Virus record (IMG/VR): IMGVR_UViG_3300022555_000019
Direction: 5' to 3' (one strand)
Length of the DNA: 64,000 nt
Origin: an uncultured virus (IMG/VR IMGVR_UViG_3300022555_000019)
Taxonomy: Duplodnaviria; Heunggongvirae; Uroviricota; Caudoviricetes
Position 1 is the first letter of the stretch. Every line of letters starts with the position of its first letter. This document shows, piece after piece, positions 38,607-48,013 of this stretch. Below the pieces are notes generated by a model that worked only from the letters and a program-made list of their open reading frames with translations, was not told the DNA's origin and did no database searches. The position numbers were made by a program, and so were the translations under genes.

Positions 38607-39491
38607 TTATTTATTTTTTTGATTTAATTCTTTTAATTTACTTTCCAACTCATCTATTTTAATCCAGAAATCTAACTTTTTATGCCAAAAATCATGATAA
38701 ACAACCAACTCTTTTTTTAACAAAGCTGGAGCATACCCAAACGAGCTTTTACCTAAAATTAAGATGTCCGAAAATATAAACTCTGTGAATGAGTCATAAT
38801 CTTCATAAATTTCATCATATAAAACTTCATACTTTTTAAATTTATCAAAATTAAAATTCTGCTTTTGGGTATGAATTTTTAAACTATAATTTTCTAAATT
38901 ATTTTCTATAATATCTATTATTTGTAGGTAATATTCGTCACTTAACCACCTTAAAGTAAAATTTTTATCAACATCATCTCTACGAATATGTATAGATATA
39001 TTTATTTTATCCTTATTGAAAGGATTTATCATATTAAACTTGGAAAGAATTTCTTCCTGATACCTATAAATAAGATCATCAGAAATCGTATTATCATCAA
39101 ATTGATAGCACATTTGATCAAATAAATATAATTTATTATCATAATTATCATTTTCTATTTGATTAATTATATCTTGAAATGATGGGCTATCAACAATTTG
39201 AACTGTACTTAAATCAATGTCGGTTATTTTCTTCCCAGTATAGTTAAATTTTTTATCCCACATCTCAGCACGACATCTATAGCTTTCCTTAGTTGAAAAA
39301 TAAAAATTTGTTACATCTCTATCATAAAAATTTCTACCAAACCCCTCAAAACTAAAAGGAAGATATAAAAACTCCACTTCTTTGTCATATTTTTCACGAA
39401 TGTAATATGAAAAATACATTAAATATAGCATTCTTTGAAATCTTGCACCCAACCCGTCACAATGTGGAATATTCGTAATGTAGCACTTCAT
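38607..39491 (-). CDS. fucosyltransferase-like (GT11/GT23 fold)
   Basis: DGLGARFQ, SIHIRRDD, SDILILGKSSFGY. Confidence 0.65.
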   Translation of the reverse strand: MKCYITNIPHCDGLGARFQRMLYLMYFSYYIREKYDKEVEFLYLPFSFEGFGRNFYDRDVTNFYFSTKESYRCRAEMWDKKFNYTGKKITDIDLSTVQIVDSPSFQDIINQIENDNYDNKLYLFDQMCYQFDDNTISDDLIYRYQEEILSKFNMINPFNKDKINISIHIRRDDVDKNFTLRWLSDEYYLQIIDIIENNLENYSLKIHTQKQNFNFDKFKKYEVLYDEIYEDYDSFTEFIFSDILILGKSSFGYAPALLKKELVVYHDFWHKKLDFWIKIDELESKLKELNQKNK

Positions 39492-39528
39492 ATTATCACT
39501 TTAATTTTTTTTATATATAAATAACAAT

Positions 39529-40215
39529 TTATCTTATAGAGCTTAAATATGCCCCAGTTCTACTCCCCTGAGATATGATCGGTTGCCACCAATATACTTT
39601 TGTATTTAGCGTTTTAAAGAAATAATTCAATTCGAAGTCAAACGGTAGTATGATTTTTTTTATTTCATTATGATATAATTTGGCAGCTTCTGTGCTTAGG
39701 ATATAACCATCAACAGTTCTTGTTTTTCCTGGTTCTTTTAAATAAACACCATCCGAAATCTGCGTTGTGCTTGATAGATTACAAGAATCTAACTGCTCAA
39801 TAGAATAACTATCCCCCATAAATATAAAAGAAAAATCCTTGGGGGTGTTATTCATTAATTCCAAAACACGCTGCTCAAAATTATCAACCAATCTTGAATC
39901 GTCTTCTAAAACAATTGAATACTCATCAGTATTTTTTGATATCAATTCGAAGGCTTTCAAATGTGATAATGAATTACAAATTTCTGACTTTTCTAATTCC
40001 CTAAAATCCAAAGTGAAACTATATAAATTTTTAACTCTATCATTCCACAATTCAACAGATGCATCATACCGACCATCTATTATAGTCTCATTTAATGTTT
40101 CTCTTTCGAATTCATCCACAAACACAACATTGAAGTTGTACTTTGATAATTCATTTATTAAATACGCTTTACGTTCAACCAATTTTTTATAGTGAACAAT
40201 ATAAACATTTATCAT
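39529..40215 (-). CDS. glycosyltransferase family 25
   Basis: VYIVHY..LVERK, EICNSLSH, IVLEDD, GYILSTEAA. Confidence 0.85.
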   Translation of the reverse strand: MINVYIVHYKKLVERKAYLINELSKYNFNVVFVDEFERETLNETIIDGRYDASVELWNDRVKNLYSFTLDFRELEKSEICNSLSHLKAFELISKNTDEYSIVLEDDSRLVDNFEQRVLELMNNTPKDFSFIFMGDSYSIEQLDSCNLSSTTQISDGVYLKEPGKTRTVDGYILSTEAAKLYHNEIKKIILPFDFELNYFFKTLNTKVYWWQPIISQGSRTGAYLSSIR

Positions 40216-40221
40216 ATAATA

Positions 40222-40893
40222 TTATTTTTTTGCTAATACCCAAGATTGACATGGTATACTGAAATCATTTTTTGTATTTACCTGATGATAATCGGGCCAT
40301 TGCTTCAACGAAAATATCTTATAGATATAATCAAAATTTCCCCAATGACCAATCTCAACAATATTAAACCCCGCTTGCTTGAGCAAACAGGCTAATCCAA
40401 CTGGGGTAAATCCAGTATAAAAATTATATGGGAGTATGTGCTGGATATTAACAGTTGGTACATTTACATAGAAATATGCGCCATTATTCAGATATTTATA
40501 AATATTTTTAACACAAAGAAGTGGATCATACACATGCTCTAAGGTCTGGCATAATATTGAAAAATCATAATTTCCATCAGGAATTTCTAAATTATGTAAA
40601 TCATATTTTTGATCTTTTTCATAATCGAAAACGTGCAATTTATTATGTGGAATATACTCCAACTCTGGTTCATTTCCATAGAATAGAAGCATATTTTCAG
40701 ATTTCAAATTATATTTTTTAACATAATCATCTAAATCTAACAATGAAGCAACTCTGGGGAAATCCTTTCCATTCCAATTCCAATTTTTATTGTTTCTACT
40801 TTCGTCAATATTTACATATTTATTTAAATATTGATCATTATTATTCATTAAATAAAGCATATAAGCTTCCTTAATTTGTATATCTGTTAACAT
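40222..40893 (-). CDS. class I SAM methyltransferase
   Basis: YDFSILCQTLEHVYDP, LNNGAYFYVNVP. Confidence 0.8.
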   Translation of the reverse strand: MLTDIQIKEAYMLYLMNNNDQYLNKYVNIDESRNNKNWNWNGKDFPRVASLLDLDDYVKKYNLKSENMLLFYGNEPELEYIPHNKLHVFDYEKDQKYDLHNLEIPDGNYDFSILCQTLEHVYDPLLCVKNIYKYLNNGAYFYVNVPTVNIQHILPYNFYTGFTPVGLACLLKQAGFNIVEIGHWGNFDYIYKIFSLKQWPDYHQVNTKNDFSIPCQSWVLAKK

Positions 40894-41738
40894 AATTCTA
40901 TTATTTTTTTTGCTGCCCCATTATAGGAAAAATATTCGGGATATATTTCTAACCCCATCATTTTAAAAGAATCAATTTTCCATTGAGTAAAGTTTTTCAA
41001 TTTTTCATATAACAATGGAATTTCAGATTGGTGGCATAGCACACCAATATCTTCAAACTTAATTTCATTTTTCCATGGAACCCAAAGCTTATCATAAATA
41101 TAAACTGGTATTGCACCATACTGTAAAGCTTCACATATTCTAAATGATGTTGCGCCATACCCCCTTGGACACAACGCAAATATGCTTCGCTCCATAAGAT
41201 CAGCAAAAACTTGATATCCAGAATTACCACGAATGATAACATCACGTTTATCATGCATCTCCCTAACCATATCATCCCTGACAGCATGCCTACCATTTAA
41301 CGCTCCTACAAAACTTGCAAGTACATCTCTATTTCTGTTTTTATTTATCATCGGGCTCGGCTTGCACATCAATGGTATAATAATTTGACCCAAATTTTTA
41401 AGTGGAACATTTTTTTGACCACCACCACCAGCACCAAACACCAGTATATCCAAATCCGAAATATTTTGAAGAATTCCATCATCATACTGAAGAACTGTAA
41501 AGTATTTTTTTGAACGATCCAAACCATTTAAAAATTCTTGTAAATCACTCATATCTCCATCACCATTTCCTCGTGCTAAATAGAAATTTGTCCAAAGAAC
41601 TGGTAAATATATTCTATCTGTTACAAACTTATTATTAACCATATAGTGATAAAAATAATCTTCAAATATCATATCATTAAATGGCGGATATGTATGATTA
41701 GTTTGTACTATAAATTTACTGGGTGTGTCTTGTACCAT
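40887..41738 (-). CDS. exostosin/GT47 glycosyltransferase
   Basis: SIFALCPRGYGATSFRICEALQYGAIPV. Confidence 0.85.
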   Translation of the reverse strand: MVQDTPSKFIVQTNHTYPPFNDMIFEDYFYHYMVNNKFVTDRIYLPVLWTNFYLARGNGDGDMSDLQEFLNGLDRSKKYFTVLQYDDGILQNISDLDILVFGAGGGGQKNVPLKNLGQIIIPLMCKPSPMINKNRNRDVLASFVGALNGRHAVRDDMVREMHDKRDVIIRGNSGYQVFADLMERSIFALCPRGYGATSFRICEALQYGAIPVYIYDKLWVPWKNEIKFEDIGVLCHQSEIPLLYEKLKNFTQWKIDSFKMMGLEIYPEYFSYNGAAKKIIELC

Positions 41739-41938
41739 ATTTCATTTAATTTTTTTTTCCTATCTTCTTTCAACGAAATAAATTTATCTTTTGTAAAGAA
41801 CCGTCTTTTACCTAAATCATTAATAATCCTGTACCCAATATTATCCTCAGAAATTACTGTATAAATATTATTAATTGTGATCTCTAAAGGTTTATAATAA
41901 TTATAAACTTCTTTACAAACAATTTTATCCCCAATCAT
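41708..41938 (-). CDS. hypothetical protein with C-terminal RKKKL tag
   Basis: IGDKIVC...EDRKKKLNEI. Confidence 0.65.
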   Translation of the reverse strand: MIGDKIVCKEVYNYYKPLEITINNIYTVISEDNIGYRIINDLGKRRFFTKDKFISLKEDRKKKLNEIWYKTHPVNL

Positions 41939-42058
41939 ATTAATTTTAATTTTAATAATTTTCCTCCAGTTTTATTTATAAAAATATCACTTTTCAGATT
42001 TAGCAGAAACTGACATTTTTTATTTTATATATACTAATAACTAAACAAAGTTGTATAA

Positions 42059-43273
42059 ATGAAAAGTTATCAAATAAGATTTTTTCCAACATTAAATCAA
42101 GCACTTCAATTACAAGAATTATCTGATATTCGTAAAGATATCTGGAATACACTTTGCGATATTCAACAGCAAGAATATACAACTTCAAAAAAAATATTGA
42201 GTAAATTTGACTTGAATAATTTGCTCCCAAAATTAAAAGAGCCACATTCAGCTTGGAAAAAATTGAATGCTAAAGCTGAACAAACAATATCAACTGAATT
42301 ATATGGGGCATACCAATCATTCTTTAGATTAATTAAAAAAGATAAAACAGCAAAGCCGCCAAATAAAATTGATAATAATGATTTTCATTCAATCACGTTT
42401 AACCAATCTGGATGGGTCGTTAAATCAGATAATCTAATACAGATTAACAAAATACAATTTGAATATAGATCACACTTAAATATTCAAGAAATGATTATAA
42501 AAGAAATTAGAATCAAATTTATAAATAATAAATGGTTATGTGATTTGATTGTTGATGAACCAATAAATTATAAAAATAAATTGATTATTAAAACCAAAGT
42601 ATTAGCATTAGACCTCGGAATTGAAAAACTTGCGCATGGAATAGATAACAAGGGTGATCAAGTTATTTTGCAAAACAAATCCAGACGAATCAACCATTAT
42701 TTTCAGAGCCAAATAAAAAATGTTCAATCAAAATTATCTAAAAAACAAAAAAACTCAAGAAATCGTAAAAAAATAAAATCTACTTTAAATAAACTATATC
42801 AAAAAAAGAATGCACAAGTAAAACAAACTTTACATATTCAAAGTAAATATTTAGCGAATATGAATTACAATACTATTGTAATTGGTGATTTATCAGTTAA
42901 AAAATTAATGTCAACTGAAGGCGTAAACTCAAAGAAAAAAGGTATTAGAAAATCATTTCACCATTCTAATATCAATATGTTTTTACAATTTCTTGGATAT
43001 AAATGTCAACACAATAATACAAATGTTGTTACAATTGGTGAACAATGGACAACTCAGCTTAATTGTTTAACTGGTAAGGTATTCAAAGATAAAATAGAAC
43101 TTAAAGATAGGCAAGTTCAATTATCTGATAAAATCACTATTGATCGTGACTTAAACTCAGCCATAAATATTTTGAAACGATGGTTTGATAGTCATATTGC
43201 TTCTATGAACGAGCCTCTGGATTTATCCAGTGCTCTTGTAAAGTTCAATCTTTACAAGGAAACATTAATGTAG
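42059..43273 (+). mobile_element. tnpB: solo TnpB with rearranged RuvC-II
   Basis: SYQIRFFPT, LALDLG (RuvC-I), IVIGDL plus downstream IGEQWTTQ, DRDLNSAINI (RuvC-III); opposite strand to the surrounding operon; no tnpA. Confidence 0.9.
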
Positions 43274-43295
43274 TTCATACATAGCTTTGTTATTT
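43204..43295 (+). ncRNA. putative omegaRNA 3' scaffold/right end of the TnpB element
   Basis: TATGAAC/GTTCATA (43204-10/43273-79) encloses GAGC..CTGGA-TTTA-TCCAG..GCTC and CTTGTAAAG-TTCAAT-CTTTACAAG; boundaries approximate. Confidence 0.55.
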
Positions 43296-44042
43296 CTGCC
43301 AAGTAGTATGCCATAAATGAATGCAATACGTTCTATCTGTTATAAATGATCTAATAAAATTTTGTGCGCTCTCATATGCCATGTGCCTGTAAACTGCTGG
43401 AAATGGGAAAAAGAACTTCGTTGGAAATACAACAACATTATCGGATTCGTTGATTGTGTTAAAAAATACCCTTGTTATAAAGTAAGGCCCTGTATTATTC
43501 ATAACTCCATCAATATTATCAACAAACGAATTTTTCTTCTGAAGCTCACTTACAAGTGCAGAAACAAATTTATGATTCGGCTCCGATGCCATAAGGCTAT
43601 TGAACACCTCTGGTTGATCAATGTGACCATTACCAGCAAAGAAACTCAGATCGACAAGATCATCAAATGACTTGGTGCATTCGAAATCAGTATCCAAATA
43701 AAGACCCCCCATTCTTTCTAAAATTTCATACCTAAAAATATCAGCTTTTGCTCCAAGGTTTTTGATATTATTGAACAATTTTATGTTCTTTAATCCAAAA
43801 CTTTCAACATCCTTATCTGTCCACAATTTATATTCCCAACCTTTATTTAATTCCATCATCTTATCACGAAATGGTATGTATTTTTCTGGGTATTCACCAC
43901 CAAGCCAAATTTGATGAATTATTTTAGGAATTTTTTGCTGACGGTCAGTTTTATTCTGCCAATTATCATACATATTCTCAAGCATTTTCCATCTTGGATC
44001 GCCATTTACGGAGTTTACCATGTTAACTAAATAATCACTCAT
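43290..44042 (-). CDS. glycosyltransferase family 32 (DxD, Och1-like)
   Basis: IPKIIHQIWLG, ADIFRYEIL, GGLYLDTD, TGPYF, IHLWHTTW. Confidence 0.9.
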   Translation of the reverse strand: MSDYLVNMVNSVNGDPRWKMLENMYDNWQNKTDRQQKIPKIIHQIWLGGEYPEKYIPFRDKMMELNKGWEYKLWTDKDVESFGLKNIKLFNNIKNLGAKADIFRYEILERMGGLYLDTDFECTKSFDDLVDLSFFAGNGHIDQPEVFNSLMASEPNHKFVSALVSELQKKNSFVDNIDGVMNNTGPYFITRVFFNTINESDNVVVFPTKFFFPFPAVYRHMAYESAQNFIRSFITDRTYCIHLWHTTWQK

Positions 44043-44317
44043 ATTGATTCTATTTTTTTTAATTTTTGCGCTCTAATAAAAGCAGTGGAATTAATATAAT
44101 ATTGAATTGTTCCGATCACAAGGTCTTTATGTAGAAATGGTAATATTCCACCAAATTGATTCCATTCTATGGCATGACCATTAATCTTTGCACGTATAAC
44201 TTGCACACCAAACATATTCCCAGACCCTTCTGCTGGGGTTATTTTAATAATTTGAACGTCAAAATCAGATTCTGTTAAATTAAAATCTTTTGGAATATAT
44301 ATTTTTTGTACACTCAT
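44039..44317 (-). CDS. hypothetical protein with C-terminal RxxKL tag
   Basis: Ends FIRAQKLKKI. Confidence 0.65.
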   Translation of the reverse strand: MSVQKIYIPKDFNLTESDFDVQIIKITPAEGSGNMFGVQVIRAKINGHAIEWNQFGGILPFLHKDLVIGTIQYYINSTAFIRAQKLKKIESI

Positions 44318-45105
44318 ATCATAAAATATTTTTCATAAATAACATCTTCAAGAACTTCCATTTTAAGTACTTTTTCGAAGTTTTCCTTCACATATTCCAT
44401 TTTAGAATAGTACAGTTCTGGAGTTAAATTATTAATATCAAATTCATTCAAATTTATTATTCCATTTGAATTAAAATAATTCCCAATATTGTTAGTTCCA
44501 TGATAAATTGGAATTGTTCCACTGGCAAAACAATCTAAAATTTTCTCGGTAAAATAATCATCATATTTATCATTTTCAATAGCAACCGAAAACATATAAT
44601 CAGCTAAACCTTCTTCTTTTAACTTAATTTCGTTAAAGCCCCTACCAAAAAGGTCAAATTTACCCCTATTATCTGCAATAAACTTTAATCTTAACCGTTG
44701 TCCGTCAGTGGAGCCCTTTGAGGATGAAATCATTGAAATCAACTTTGATTTATTGTAAATTTGAGGATTTTCAATCCAGAACCCCATCGCTGGAATAAAT
44801 TTTATTTTATCAGGATTTAGTTTAATCAAATCCTTATTCATAGTAAAAATTAACTCATAAGTGGCAATAAGCTGATTAATACTTTTAAAAATATCTGATG
44901 GATTGAATATTGCCCCTGATTCAAGATTCCAAGCATATTTTTTACCATTAAATTGATCATACATGCCCATTATTATACTTTCATCAACATAAAATGAAAT
45001 AGATTCGCTGAAATTGTTTTTATTCCACTCAATATATTTTGACTTTTTCCACCACGTTGATGAATGAGCGTGCTGGAACGGGCCACCAATTAAATTCATT
45101 AGCAT
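44314..45105 (-). CDS. GT10 alpha-1,3-fucosyltransferase-like
   Basis: YMFSVAIEN...DYFTEKILDCFASGTIPIYHG. Confidence 0.85.
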   Translation of the reverse strand: MLMNLIGGPFQHAHSSTWWKKSKYIEWNKNNFSESISFYVDESIIMGMYDQFNGKKYAWNLESGAIFNPSDIFKSINQLIATYELIFTMNKDLIKLNPDKIKFIPAMGFWIENPQIYNKSKLISMISSSKGSTDGQRLRLKFIADNRGKFDLFGRGFNEIKLKEEGLADYMFSVAIENDKYDDYFTEKILDCFASGTIPIYHGTNNIGNYFNSNGIINLNEFDINNLTPELYYSKMEYVKENFEKVLKMEVLEDVIYEKYFMI

Positions 45106-45120
45106 AAGATATTTATATTT

Positions 45121-45531
45121 TTAAATAATTGTGTCTTCTGTTGGGAAACCCCCAGCATCCTTTTCTTCAGTCTTTAAATTTTTTCTATGTGAACGAATTA
45201 CATTAGTTAAACTTTCATCTATTTTCAAAAAACTATATTCCATGTTATCACAATTATACATTTCAGTTACATTGTCATATTCAAACCATAATGGTGTGTG
45301 TAATACTTTTTTATTGTATTTGAAACTATATCGCCTAAACTTTTCTATTTTTTGAACATCATAATAAGTTTCACCATTAATTTCGATTACAAATGCATCT
45401 ACTTCTTTTATGTTTTTACAAAAATTCCGAACTACTTCACCATTCACATTTACTATAGTAACAACATATTCTAAACTACCTATATATTTAGATGCAAATT
45501 TCTTTACGTATTTTAATATTAATTTTCGCAT
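45121..45531 (-). CDS. hypothetical protein
   Basis: 136 aa. Confidence 0.65.
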   Translation of the reverse strand: MRKLILKYVKKFASKYIGSLEYVVTIVNVNGEVVRNFCKNIKEVDAFVIEINGETYYDVQKIEKFRRYSFKYNKKVLHTPLWFEYDNVTEMYNCDNMEYSFLKIDESLTNVIRSHRKNLKTEEKDAGGFPTEDTII

Positions 45532-45926
45532 GAACTATTTATCTTTTTTATTTTATAACTTCTTAAAAAAACATTTAAATCACTTTGTAAATTCTTTCGT
45601 GCTTCCTCGTGAACTTCATTTGCTATTACTTGGGTTTCGGCATAAGCTTGAGTTATTCTATCAAAATATTTTTTATTAATAAAATCACGATATGCCGTAG
45701 CATCTTTTCTTTCATCAAAATATGGGTAACGAACACCGTACCCAGAAGTTAAATATTTAAGTGCTTTGGCTTTATCACCGCCAAAATCATCTAAATCCAA
45801 TTCACGATCAGTTAGCGTAGCCTTTACGATACCTCGCCTTTCTTCATACTCTGAAGTGGCTTTTAATCTAATTGTCCAAAATTTTACACAATTTGGGTTT
45901 GTGATCATTCGTTTATTTCCCTTCAT
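45519..45926 (-). CDS. hypothetical protein with C-terminal RxxKI tag
   Basis: Ends FLRSYKIKKIN. Confidence 0.65.
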   Translation of the reverse strand: MKGNKRMITNPNCVKFWTIRLKATSEYEERRGIVKATLTDRELDLDDFGGDKAKALKYLTSGYGVRYPYFDERKDATAYRDFINKKYFDRITQAYAETQVIANEVHEEARKNLQSDLNVFLRSYKIKKINSSCEN

Positions 45927-45940
45927 ATAATTCCTTCCTG

Positions 45941-46552
45941 TTATTTATTTTTAATGAAAAATGCATCGCCCCATGAGGACCCATCCCAGGTAGTTTCAAC
46001 TCTTTCGAACCCATAATGGCTTAAAAATTTGTCAAGCTCAGTAACCTGAACGCACCCCTCATATAATTCTGCCCGATTAACCTCACTCATTATATAATCA
46101 ATTCCAGCAAGAGTTTTCTTGGCACCTTTAAAAACTTCTAATTCATATCCTTGGACATCGATGTTTATGAAATTATATTTGCTTCTATCAAACTCACAAT
46201 CATCCAATCTGGTCATTTCAACCTCAATTGTTTCTTTAAATTTAATGTGTGGATACTGTAATGTATGTATCTTTGGTTTTAAAACGGAGCTGGACTGACT
46301 TTGATTATCACGTTCCACATACATTTTGACCCGCTTATTATCATTTCCAAGTGCCTTGTTAACTAAAATTGCATCAGTGACGTTCTGCTTCAGTATTTCA
46401 AAAACGTGCGGCAGAGGCTCGAAAAACATCTTATTTTCGATAGCATGATTTTTATATGAATAATTTTCGGTACCATAATGGGCACCAATATGAATTACCC
46501 CGTTTATACGGAGTTTGTACTTATTGTACAGCATGTTAAGATTTAGTAACAT
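45941..46552 (-). CDS. FkbM family methyltransferase
   Basis: IHIGAHYG, FEPLP, INIDVQGYELEVFKGA. Confidence 0.9.
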   Translation of the reverse strand: MLLNLNMLYNKYKLRINGVIHIGAHYGTENYSYKNHAIENKMFFEPLPHVFEILKQNVTDAILVNKALGNDNKRVKMYVERDNQSQSSSVLKPKIHTLQYPHIKFKETIEVEMTRLDDCEFDRSKYNFINIDVQGYELEVFKGAKKTLAGIDYIMSEVNRAELYEGCVQVTELDKFLSHYGFERVETTWDGSSWGDAFFIKNK

Positions 46553-46700
46553 TGTTTTCTATTATTTTTTGTAATTTAGCTTTTCTTCCAGATGAAATTG
46601 GCAATATACTGTATTTCCATTCTTTTTCTTAATTGACCAATGATCTTCTGGTATTTCACCTACGATTTTACCACTTTCACGTTCTATTATTTTATACATA

Positions 46701-47498
46701 TTATTCTTTAATTAAATTTATATCCATCTCCTGATGGCACGATATATTCTTAAACCCCTTAAATTTTTCCATATCTATAATATTACCATTTAAAAATTGT
46801 TCATTTAATAATGAGGCGGATACATTACCGCAAACATTTGTATTAAATGTTTGGACCCTATTAATCGGTAAGTTCATGATAATAGATTCGTCAAAGCATA
46901 TCATCTTTGGTTTATTCAAAGGACAATATGCTAAAATACTTTCCATTGAATTTGGATTAGTATATGATAATACTCGGATTAATGGGAAAATGTCCTTTGT
47001 TCTAAAAATATGACCATCCAAGCTCATCGGATAACCATAGTCGCCAGCTTCTCCAAACCACCTAAAAGTCATGTTATTTTCAAAATTTGGCGGGACCATG
47101 TGAACTCTGGCTGGATAACAGTATGATAACTTAGGATGTAATCTCAACGATAAGCATAATATACTTTCATCCAGCATGAATAATTTAAATTGTTTTGATT
47201 CAAATGTGAACTGATTCTTAAATACAATATCATCGACAAAGAACATTGTATATTCATCGCTTTGATCAATTAATGAAATAACATGATCCTTAAATTTCAT
47301 TTTTTCCTTAACATAATTGATATTATCATCATTATGAACAGTTTTTAACTGCTCATACCCACGTTCAAACTTCGAATCAGAAAATGTATATAATATATTG
47401 ATTTTATTCTCACTGAATTCTTTGAAGTATAATTTCATTGACCGAAGAAATAGGTCCAATTGGCATGACCGATCTTTTGAAAAAACAATAATATTCAT
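46701..47498 (-). CDS. putative GT-A fold glycosyltransferase
   Basis: IIVFSKDRSCQL, FFVDDIVF, YPMSLDGHIF. Confidence 0.6.
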   Translation of the reverse strand: MNIIVFSKDRSCQLDLFLRSMKLYFKEFSENKINILYTFSDSKFERGYEQLKTVHNDDNINYVKEKMKFKDHVISLIDQSDEYTMFFVDDIVFKNQFTFESKQFKLFMLDESILCLSLRLHPKLSYCYPARVHMVPPNFENNMTFRWFGEAGDYGYPMSLDGHIFRTKDIFPLIRVLSYTNPNSMESILAYCPLNKPKMICFDESIIMNLPINRVQTFNTNVCGNVSASLLNEQFLNGNIIDMEKFKGFKNISCHQEMDINLIKE

Positions 47499-47572
47499 TA
47501 CTTTAAGGTTTTCTTTATTTTAGCCATAAAAAACGATTTTGTTTATTTATATTTGCATAAAACACCATTATA

Positions 47573-48013
47573 ATGAAAATATTTAAAAAGTGGGAAGATA
47601 TTCCCAGTGATGCACGAGATAGAAACGGAACATACGTATTTGACGATAGAGATTTAGAGAAATATGATGCTGGCTCCAGAACTAAAAATTTAATGCATAT
47701 TATTCCAAATAATTCATTTGAAATTGATAAAGATGTACGATACTTTCGCCCATTTTCTGAATTTAGTCGAGATGCCAATGTTGATTTTGTTGAAAGCACA
47801 TGTAATGACGGAGTTGGATGGTATAATATCTATGATAAAATTGATTATCACACACCATCCAAAGACCCAGAGAATATTAAGAACCAAATAAAGAAAATGG
47901 ATAAATGGTGGAGATATAATAACTACACATTATCCGAAACCGCAATGAAATTGTTTGATTTAAAAAAACGTGTGGATTGGAAAGAAGTTAGACGAGCAAT
48001 ATTTGGAAGATAA
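47573..48013 (+). CDS. hypothetical protein
   Basis: 146 aa; TATATTTG at 47548. Confidence 0.7.
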   Translation: MKIFKKWEDIPSDARDRNGTYVFDDRDLEKYDAGSRTKNLMHIIPNNSFEIDKDVRYFRPFSEFSRDANVDFVESTCNDGVGWYNIYDKIDYHTPSKDPENIKNQIKKMDKWWRYNNYTLSETAMKLFDLKKRVDWKEVRRAIFGR

